Shown here: positions 38,942-49,763 of the stretch, one piece after another
Layout: the number at the start of each line of letters is the position of its first letter
How positions within the stretch are numbered: the first letter of the stretch is position 1
Origin: Trichoplax sp. H2
Lineage: Eukaryota
Direction: 5' to 3'
DNA length: 64,000 bases
Assembly: GCA_003344405.1 (NCBI GenBank)
Contig: NOWV01000185.1
Location: 62,001-126,000, forward strand
Made by a program: the position numbers and the translations under genes
Notes under the pieces: generated by a model
What the model was told of the DNA's origin: nothing
Databases searched by the model: none
The model's input: the letters and a program-made list of their open reading frames with translations, nothing else

Positions 38942-41900
38942 ATGGCTTCTACGGCAGCTTCCGTTGTTCAAACGGTAACTTCTAAAACCGAGGAGAATAA
39001 TACAACCAAAGAATCACTCAAGCCAAGTAAACCGACTGTTAGTCAAATCTTCAAGACGTTAGAGTATGGCCCTGCTCCAGAATCGCCCGATGTAGCCTAC
39101 GCTTGGTTAGATGATCATCATAGATCTTTTGGTCATTTTATTGATGGAAAATGGCTTAATCCCGAAGATCGGAAACGTTACGATTCACGATGCCCTGCTA
39201 CAGGTGATATTATCCAGCTTAATACTAACCATCAAACGATGACATTTTCAACTGGATACCCCATTATTAGTTGGAGTCTATCATAACATGTACTGCTGTA
39301 GGAATGGCACACAAGGGTACAGCTTGCCAAGGGATTTAGTCCATGGCGATATGCAGATATCCTGATGCTATCTTGACATGACACTGTACCTAAATATCCA
39401 AACATGACATCGCCACAGTGATATACAAACACCATGAGGTAAATCATGCATGATACAGTTATGAATCACAACGGTAAGAGAGATTCTTATAGCTACTTGA
39501 GGCAATAATTTGCTACGAGCAAGCCGTGATCAAATTTCATCCAGGAAGCTCCAGTAGACGCAAGCAATCCATCATACAGTGGCAACCGATGACTCGACTG
39601 ATTTCTCTCTAAACTAAAACGTACAGTGTACATTGAACCAAATTGCGAAATAGACGTTTCTACTGCATAGATAATTCAAGATGCCTACATTGTCCTACAC
39701 TATCGTCACTATACGAATAGACATTGTGTCTCATAATTATACTAATCGTGCCGTAGTAGACACTCTACTACAGGACGAAAAAGAAATAGTTGGCAACAAT
39801 CTCTTGACTAGATTCAGGTCTTTCATCAAAGAAAGGAAAGGAAAAGTTACTTTGCACGCACAATCCATCGCATAGGATAGACTGCATACATACACTCTTA
39901 TAGAAGAAATGTATCAAACTGTAGAAAGCGATTAAATTTATAAAGGCCGTCAAATCAATCGACTGCTTTGCTTGAATTTAATTTTATTCAGTAGTCCCTG
40001 GCTATACTAGTCGATGAGTAGAGCTACCCATAGAGTTAAGTAAGTTTCTTAACTCTATGGATTAACCCTATGAATGCAGCATTTACACATCGATAGTACA
40101 GTACTGTTGCATCAATGGATGTCTACTTGAGAGACAAGCCTCGGGTGTACAGTATATGTACAGTAAACTACAGATCAATCTGTAGTTTAGTATCCAGACA
40201 ACTCAGCTATTAGCAAACTTTCAATAAGTATATGTGGTCCTAGATCAATTTTTTTTTTTCGGCAATTTCCATTAATTGATACCAATAGAACTATGTGACC
40301 TTAGAGGAAGCTATTATAATGAGTAAAAGTTGAAAAAGTACTACAAATACGATGCAATCTTGGTTGATCATTTCTAGATCTGTCAATGTACAAATAATAT
40401 TCACTCGACGTTACTAATTCATGGTCAACTTACCATAATAGTTGTCATTCCATTCATTATTATCCACACTATCTTCGTTTTAATGACTGTATTCAACGAG
40501 CGCTAAATTGATTGTATTTTAGAATTAATATAATTATGTATGTTAACTTGAAATAGGAGAAAAGTTGGCATCAACTGTGCAAGGTAACCAAGAAGATGTT
40601 GAAGTAGCTGTTTCTGCTGCTCGAAAAGCGTTCGTGAAATGGAGTGCTTTACCTGCACACGTCCGGGCGCGCCATTTATACTCGGTTGCAAGACATGTTC
40701 AAAAGCATATGAGATTGTTCGCCGTTATTGAGAGTCTCGATAACGGTAAACCGATCAGAGAGACTCGCGATTGCGATATACCAATCGTAATTCGCCATAT
40801 TTACCATCATGCTGGTTGGGCACAATTAGCAGATACCGAAATGAGAGGATGGAAACCTGTCGGCGTTGTTGGAGCTATCACGCCATGGAATTTTCCTTTA
40901 ATGTTGTTGATCTGGAAGGTATGCAATAGTGGATTGGACCAATATACTTTCAAGTCAATGTCAACATATTTAAATTGAAGATTTGCTTTAATCTACAATT
41001 CTTCACGTATCCATAGGTTTGTCCGGCGCTAGCTATGGGAAATACTGTGGTTTTAAAACCTGCTACCTATACTCGATTATCTGCCCTTTTATTAGCTGAA
41101 GTATGTGCTGAAGCCGGGCTACCACCAGGGGTATTTAACGTAGTAACTGGTAATGGTGCATTTGGCCACAATCTTGCAACCCATCCAGATGTAGATAAAG
41201 TTGGCTTTACTGGTTCTACAGAAGTTAGTAGATATCTTCTCGTCACAATTATCGATGAAATGATTCTCTATAAAATGAATTTTTACTTTCCACATGATCA
41301 CCCATTCTATTAGCAAGAGATACTTGAAAGTGATTGCTTACTAATTGGATTAGGTAGGGAGAATTTTACGTCAAGCAACTGCTGGAAGTGGCAAGAAGAT
41401 ATCGTTAGAATTAGGAGGAAAATCCCCATTCGTTGTTTTCGATTCGGCAGACCTTGATAGCGCTGTAGAAGGCGTTGTAGATGCGATATACTTTAATCAA
41501 GGCCAAGTTAGTTCTATAAATGTCCAGAAATGATAGGCATTATCCATTGTGCAATATATTAAGCTAGAACGGTTGCTGTTATTGGTAGCTCTTGTTGTAT
41601 TAAACGAAATTTCGAAATGAGTACTGATTAATTATTTTTGGTAGGTTTGTAGTGCAGGATCCAGATTAATTGTACAAGAGTCTTGTGCCGAACTTCTGAT
41701 AAAGAAGATCAAGGAAAGAATGACCCACTTACGTCTGGGTGATTCATTAGACAAGGCTATCGATATGGGGGCCATTGTGGATCCATCGCAGAGAAAAAGT
41801 GTTGACATGATGGTGCAAGAAGCCAAGGCGGATGGAGCTCATGTAAACTAGTGCATGTATTTTGATATAGTATTATACATTAGAGTACTATACTTTCGCA

Positions 41901-44195
41901 CACCTAGTCTTAGAAAGTGTTTTAACTGAATAGGTTTATCAAGCCTGTGCATGTATGCCTTCAACCGGGTGCTATTATCCTCCTACTCTTATAACCAATG
42001 TACAAACAGTTTCAAAAATTGTCCAAGAAGAAGTAAGCATTGAATTTTTTACCAAATATGATCCTTTGTCAGTGGAAGCACTTACGCTATTCATAATGAA
42101 TCCTCTGTTATAGGTTTTTGGCCCTGTACTTGTTGTCCTTACCTTTAGAACTCCAAAGGAGGCTATCGCATTATCAAACAATACTGTATTCGGCTTAGGC
42201 GCAAGTGTTTGGACGGAAAACTTGTCTTTAGCTTTAGAAGTAGCATTAAGTATCCGAGCTGGAAGCGTGTGGGTCAATGGTCACAATTTATTTGATGCCG
42301 CGGCTGGATTTGGTGGTATGCGTGAAAGTGGTTTTGGTAGAGATGGAGGCAAAGAGGTTATTGCTAACTTTCATTATTCAATTTAGCATATTTCGTACCC
42401 TCGTTATTACTTCACCTCTACTGTACTCGCACTTTATTCAATGTCATTTTCAGTGCAATAGAAAGTAGGCCAATATGCATGATGTGGTATTTAGTAGAAT
42501 TTTGATCGATTAGCATGTTTCCAGATCAATTGGATCACCATTTCTGAGGAACAATATCCTTCAACCAAACAAACTGAATTCATTTTCGCTTTTAAATTAA
42601 TTAAGCATTGTCCACTTGTATCTTGCTAGGGTCTTTACGAATATTCCGTGCCAGCATGGCTGACAAGGCCTCGTCCTGTGGCATTAAAAGATTTCGATGC
42701 AAAAGCTTTTGGTAAAAATGTTGCTCCAAGACCTCTAAATCCTAGCAATAGCGAAAGCCATGTTTACAATAACACAACCAAATTGAATGGGCAGGATGTA
42801 CCCAGGTTATTTATCGCGGTGTTCTCTTTGTCAACTAGTGTTGCAATAGCCTCTTATTTATGTTATGGCAAACAGAAACTGTACGCAGAATTTATTTCAT
42901 ATTACTTCCATCTTTCTCAAAAATATTTAGCATTGACCGAACTTGCAAAATGTACATCGGAGGTGCTCAAAAGCGACCTGATGCTCCATACGCTCGAGCA
43001 GTGGTAAACCCTGATAACAAAACAATTGGTCAAGTTGGCGAAGGAAGTCGTAAAGATATCCGTGATGCTGTTGAAGCGGCTCATAAGGCTTTCCCTGGGT
43101 ATAAACTATTTTACTACTAATAAACAATTGTAATATTAGATTACAATAATTGCAATACTTAAGTAAATAGCTTTCCAAGTTTCAATTTCTCTCTCAATTA
43201 ATACACCGCTGTATCTATTTCAGATGGGGAAAACGAGCTGCTCATAATCGTGCCCAAATTGTATACTTTGTTGCTGAAAATCTGGAATTGCGACGTGAAG
43301 AAGTTGCTTCACGCATGTCAGAAATGACGGGAAAGAGTTTAGAAGATTCAAAGTTAGAAGTGGATTTGTCCATTCAACGATTATTCTACTGGGGAGCATA
43401 TGCTGATAAATATGGTGGAACTGTGCAGGTCAAAATTTTAGATATTATTTTTACTTTATCTTTCTGCTAGGTTGTCAATTTATTTCTTGATTTTGTTTCC
43501 TGAAATATATTTTCATTAAATGCAATTTGATAATCATAACTATTAGGAAACCAATCTCTATGGAGCAACTGTTAAGGTACATGAACCCGTTGGTGTTATT
43601 GGTATTGCTTGTCCCGATAATTGGCCTCTTCTTGGATTTGTATCATTATTTGCACCGGCAGTTATTCGCGGTAACACTATAGTCATAGTTCCAAGTGAAA
43701 AATATCCATTGAGTGCAGTAGATTTGTATCAGGTAAAGAAAAGATTTGCTCAATTCTTCTGATCTGTAATTAAATTCGTGCAATGTAAAAGTACGTATGT
43801 GCTTCATTTTTGGTACAATTCACCTGTCATTGAATGTATGATATAATTTTATACGTTGTAAAGTCTTATTTCATTCCTGATCTGGGTCATACTAGGTTTT
43901 TGATACATCTGACTTGCCTGGTGGCGTTGTTAACATTGTCACTGGCAGCCGAGATCATTTAACCAAGTACTTGGTAGATCATCAAGATGTAGAAGCATTT
44001 TGGTATTTTGGATCAAATGAAGGAAGCAGATATGTCGAGCACGCTTCTGCTGTGAATATTAAACGTACTTGGGTAAATTACGGCTTTGAGCGGGATTGGG
44101 CAGACCCAGCACAAGGACAAGGAGAAGAATTTTTATATCACGCTGTTGAATGTAAAAATATTTGGATGCCCATGGGCGAAATTTTTGCTAACTAG
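38942..44195 (+). CDS. ALDH16A1: Aldehyde dehydrogenase family 16 (ALDH16A1-like, with an extra C-terminal ALDH-derived region), catalytic residues intact; 12 coding exons, 852 aa
   Basis: Manually spliced GT-AG exons: 38942-39203, 40557-40918, 41017-41223, 41354-41506, 41645-41842, 41934-42032, 42114-42356, 42630-42805, 42931-43098, 43224-43428, 43547-43732, 43896-44195. Total 2559 nt with consistent phases. Motifs: [65 protein letters not shown]; then a second, partial ALDH-like region ([17 protein letters not shown]...KNIWMPMGE) typical of ALDH16. Confidence 0.93.
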
Positions 44196-44322
44196 ATTTG
44201 GATATTAGTAAATTCAGTTGTTAAAACTGTTCGTTTCAATGGACTGCATCTTCGAACATTTACATCGGTTGACATAGAAGCACTCTAGGTCTTGTTCGTC
44301 AAATTTCTGTCTGCAATTGATT

Positions 44323-44328
44323 AATAAA
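44323..44328 (+). promoter_or_regulatory. Candidate polyadenylation signal of ALDH16
   Basis: AATAAA ~130 nt after the stop codon; also present in the alternate copy near 45178. Confidence 0.45.
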
Positions 44329-44373
44329 TTAAGAAAGTAGTAATCATAAAATTATTAATTGTTATTGGGTCAG

Positions 44374-45006
44374 TGTCACAAAACAGCTTTGCAACAAGAT
44401 AACGCAATATACGATCAATAAGTCAATTCCTTGAACCACGTATCAAGGAACGATATCTGCACTATCACAAACACTTTTGCTCTACTAGCAGAGTACACAA
44501 AGACTTAAACGCCTCGTATTTTACGTTAAACACTAAGTTGGACAATTCTTCTTTATTTCACGATATACTGCATTTATATACTATTCCTCAATAGTTCATG
44601 AGTCATAGTTAATACAATTAACATTAGAATCATTTACTGAATTAGATATTAATTTTAGCTACTGCTCCCTTAATGCAGACAACAGTATTTACGAACATAG
44701 ACATGTAATGACTAATACAGAATAGTCAGATTACGATATGTCCTATCACGGAACATTTCCATGATAATTTACAGTCTACCATAAGTAAATTACAATCACA
44801 ATGATTCGAACTGTAAGCAGATGATTTGCATTCCCTATTATAACTATTATAATTTCAGTATGTGTATAAGTGTCACTGTCATAAAAAGTCAGTGCTATAT
44901 TAAAATACAGTATATCCAAATTAGAAGTTAACTAAATAAGGATAGTCTAACAGAATTATCCTAACATAGTTATTTCTACTGTAATACAGTATTTAACACT
45001 GTAACA
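44374..45006 (-). mobile_element. Solo LTR, family A, copy 2 (633 bp), just downstream of ALDH16
   Basis: TGTCACA...TGTAACA with perfect target-site duplication GTCAG (44369-44373 and 45007-45011); an empty site with a single GTCAG is at 45224-45228. Confidence 0.92.
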
Positions 45007-45047
45007 GTCAGCTTATACCGCATTAAANNNNNNNNNNNNNNNNNNNN

Positions 45048-45244
45048 TAGATTTGGATATTAGTAAATTCAGTTGTTAAAACTGTTCGTTTCAATGGACT
45101 GCATCTTCGAACATTTACATCGGTTGAAATAGAAGCACTCTAGGTCTTGTTCGTCAAATTTCTGTCTGCAATTGATTAATAAATTAAGAAAGTAGTAATC
45201 TTAAAATTATTAATTGTTATTGGGTCAGCTTATACCGCATTAAA
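45048..45244. repeat. Second, LTR-free copy of the ALDH16 3' flank after the N gap; probably the alternate allele
   Basis: Matches 44193-44373 plus 45012-45027 with few SNPs; the gap is at 45028-45047. Confidence 0.88.
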
Positions 45245-48200
45245 GATGCTGCTGGGGCATTTTCAGAGCTACCCTTCGGATACATTTTGATTCGATAAAG
45301 CTATACACTGAGATAGTTTACAATGCGGTCACAAAAGTTAATATTTCTATGGTGAAATCGTATCAATATCCGTAATCCTATGCAAAACAGGCTATGTTAT
45401 CACAGTTTTAGTTACGATTACAATAAAAAATTCAATTTTGAAATCAGCTGACTTTACTATTATTTACATTGTTAGACGAAATTGTTATGCCATTCGCATA
45501 GTCAACGAAATTTTTAGCAATATATACTTGCCATTGCCCAAGTATCGATTTGGTTATTAATGGAATGAATCGATTAGCATACCAGATTAAATTTGGAAAT
45601 AGGATAAATTTTATCATATACGTGGTATGTAATAAATAGTGTTATTTAAATCAGATATAGACTACGATCATGAAATTAGCCATCCAATGATTCCCAATGT
45701 TCAGCTATGATAAAGAGAAATTTTAAGTTTATTGTAGTTCTCAGATACTTAGCTCGATATTATTCTCCACAATCAGCAAAACTAGACAGAATTAATCTAG
45801 TGGCACTACCTACTGAGCTCATTTGGTAGGAGTAACAAATCACCCCGACTCAGAAGCTTTCACAGAAATTTTAACGATAAATTTACACTTCAGCTCCTAT
45901 CTAATATAGCACTATTTACTGACATACGTATCTGATAGCTAATTCTAGATAGTCAATTTATAACATAATATTCACGGAATCATTTATAGCGTAAGGCAAA
46001 AGCTACTAGCAGTTAAAATTACAATCACTACTGCAATCAATTCATCTTAATCATATAGCGTATTTGAATTGAAGCAAACTTTAAACTCATCAAATTTAGT
46101 AATCTACTATTCTTGGTATTTTGTGCAGTAGTAATGCGAAAATAGGATTACTCTTGTTAAGATCGCTAGCCCTAAAGAGAATCATAAAAAAATGCCATTC
46201 GTCATCGACAATTAGCTTTTCTTATTTATATCCTTGTTATATGGAAATATATTATCTACTATACTACGGTAAGAAAATTCATTTCTTTTTAAAAGTATCT
46301 ACGTCTTTAGAACGATTATGAATAGGAAAATAATAAAAGAAAAATGACTGGAAGTGCCCGTTTGTTAAAGGGAGTTTTACAGGAAAATAATTTAATTTAA
46401 CGCATCACAAAAATTATTAAACTAGATTCTGCTAATGTCCACTCTTAGAACGAAGTTTAATGCCAGTAAAAATATATTTTTAAAGCCAGTTAGAATACTG
46501 ACAACAATAGCATGTATAAAACGTAGGCTATCAAGAAAGAAGGGATTGATTTGGAGGCAGTAAGGCTATCTCCAGATAACCCGCTGTAATCGGATAAAAA
46601 CTAGATGTTATTCTTTATTGTGGCATGCAAGCATCGACAATTATAAAGGACAGGAAAAGAATATCAGAAGTGTAAAAATACAGCGCATAAATAAATTAAT
46701 CACAATTAATTGAGATTTAAATAGTAGAGTATATCTGTCTACACACGCTATGCTATACTAAAGATAGAAATCTTGCTCCTAAAATTTTAGGCTCAACACT
46801 TGGTTATAATTGAAAGTCCGACAAGAAAGATCTATTTCACAATCTACTCAATCACGCAATTTATTTATTTGGATATTTTCTCACGTTGGTATTTAAAGAA
46901 TCACAGCAATAACGTGTATGTAGAATAACTTAATGGATAAATTATATAGTATATAGTTAATTTAAATTTGATCCTGCAATTGAAAAAGATTACGTTCCAA
47001 GAATAACAGCAGTAAAATAATAAAGCGTATGACAATTCGTACGGAAATTTTCCATTCCTAGCTGTAGGAAATATTGATAAATAGCTTTCTTTACGATAAA
47101 GATATGTATGTAGATAGTAACTTTTTGTACTAGTCTACATTGTAGATATTATCGAATGAAGGACTGTATTCAGTAAAAGCATCCAATGATTAGTTTACAC
47201 AGATGATTTTAGCTGCTAAACTAATTAATTGATAAATATGAATATTAATTGTATAAAAACTTCTAACCTTAGGTCTTGTCTATGATATAACAATCAGCCT
47301 TTCTAGCAATGATAATAATATTAACTAACTCAATTGCTTCTTACCATTGTTAAATATTTCCTAGAAATCCAAAGTTTCATGCAACCTAAGGAAGTGGATA
47401 CAAAATTAATCCATTATGTTAACTATATTACCTATTTATCTGCAATTAAAATGATACAAAGGCTTAGAAGAAGGACATTAATCAATATCTAAATCTCTTA
47501 CGAAAAGCTTTAAATTGCTGAAACTTAATCTTTTGATTGGATGTAATCATCTTACATTAACAGATTATGGCTATCAATATCTAGGTTTCATTCATTACAG
47601 TTAATGAACTTTTAAAAATATCTTAATGGTCTTCTTTAACAATTTATTCATGAATTATGCTAAGCCATTCCCAAAATGTCAAACTTTTATAACACCTAAG
47701 TATCTCTATTTAGCTTTGATATGAAAATATCAATTTCAATAGTCGTACACTGAAGTAATGATGTTAGTGTAATACTACACAGTGTACCATTGATAAATTA
47801 CTATTGCCCTTACGTTTTTATCTCGGGAGAGCCAAATATAGCCATTCCAAAGTATAGTATCTATATACATGATATGAAGTAAATAATACCTAATATTAAA
47901 TGATTTTATAGTAAAGTAATTATTTTGTCGGGTAGACTATCCTATAGATGTATACTTCCTGACGGTAATTACGCGGAAAAAAGTGCTATTTTGCTAAGAT
48001 CAACATCAAACATGACATGACCTAATTCAGTTATTGCCTCTTAGAATGCAGTATACATCAATTAGAGGCGTTAAAAATAATAATTATAGAACTATGAAGA
48101 TTAAATTTAACTTAGAAACGAAATTGTTTCCGAGTTAAGACAGCTTAGAGTCAACTAATTTTAATTATTAATTACCTAACCCTTTTTCTCTTTTGTATTT

Positions 48201-48384
48201 TATTATCGTTAGACCAAACTAGTGCAATAAATTTTTTAGTACAAAGGTCACATACGTAATTACATACTATGAATTAGCGATCATAAGAGTAATGGGAAAA
48301 ACCCTTAATCATTGGTTTTGTAAATTAAACCACTGAAATCTTAAAAAAGGTAAAGAAATTTTTTCCAATAAATTAAAGAATGGA

Positions 48385-49763
48385 ATTTTATTACTATTAT
48401 CCGCAAACTCAGATAATTAATAAACAACTTTGTGATTGTTAGTATACGATATGAATTGATTTATTAACAGCTTGCAGTGGATTCTATTCACAATATCATA
48501 ATAGTAATTAAACGAAAATCAATTGTAAAAATTACAGATTTTCTTACTGACTATTAACAATGAGCAATTTATAAGATTACTCGAAATAGGCATACGTATA
48601 GAGCATCTCGAGAGATTTTATATTGTAGCTTCAACTTATATGGTACTTCATTCTTTAGCTTAGGACAGAATTAGTATTACTCTAAACTGCCAGATTATTA
48701 AATTTAATAAGAGTAGTCTTGTGCATTATCACCTTGATAAGGTTGTGATAATGAAAAGAATATCCTTAAAGTAATAATATTTTATTGATTTAGAATTCAG
48801 GTTACTTTATTATTATAGATTGCCATAGCACCAAATGTAATCATTAAGAAAGTAAAATATTTAGAAAGTAAGTGAAAGCTTTTAAGTATTCTACTATATT
48901 ATAGATAATGGATTACTATAACGGAAAATATAAAAATGAAAGCATATTCTTATAATCTATTATATAATAATAAAGAATTAGATTTTATTTATTTATACTA
49001 TGCAGCCGGTTGTANNNNNNNNNNNNNNNNNNNNATTTTATTACTATTATCCGCAAACTCAGATAATTAATAAACAACTTTGTGATTGTTAGTATACGAT
49101 ATGAATTGATTTATTAACAGCTTGCAGTGGATTCTATTCACAATATCATAATAGTAATTAAACGAAAATCAATTGTAAGTGCCCAGACAATAATTATGAT
49201 TAACTGATCTTACAGCTTTATTATTAAATGTATATATATTATGCGTAATTCTACATATTACTGGCTCTTATGAACTAAAAATTACAGATTTTCTTACTGA
49301 CTATTAACAATGAGTAATTTATAGATTACTCGAAATAGGCATACGTATAGAGCATCTCGAGAGATTTTATATTGTAGCTTCAACTTATATGGTACTTCAT
49401 TCTTTAGCTTAGGACAGAATTAGTATTACTCTAAACTGCCAGATTATTAAATTTAATAAGAGTAGTCTTGTGCATTATCACCTTGATAAGGTTGTGATAA
49501 TGAAAAGAATATCCTTAAAGTAATAATATTTTATTGATTTAGAATTCAGGTTACTTTATTATTATAGATTGCCATAGCACTAAATGTAATCATTAAGAAA
49601 GTAAAATATTTAAAAAGTTAGTGAAAGCTTTTAAGTATTCTACTATATTATAGATAATGGATTACTATAACGGAAAATATAAAAATGAAAGCATATTCTT
49701 ATAATCTATTATATAATAATAAAGAAGTCGATTTTATTTATTTATACTATGCAGCCGGTTGTA
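48385..49763. repeat. Near-identical duplication around the N gap (48385-49014 vs 49035-49763); probably alleles differing by a 100-bp indel
   Basis: Extra sequence 49179-49278 is present only in the second copy and is bounded by TAA microhomology. Confidence 0.88.

Noticed and set aside
35255-44195. Bacterial contamination or a prokaryotic deoC-aldehyde dehydrogenase operon
   Set aside because: Both genes have canonical spliceosomal introns, are divergently oriented and are contiguous with animal GPCR genes.
45048-45244. True tandem duplication of the ALDH16 3' end
   Set aside because: It directly abuts an N gap and the same pattern occurs at all three gaps, so uncollapsed alleles are more likely.
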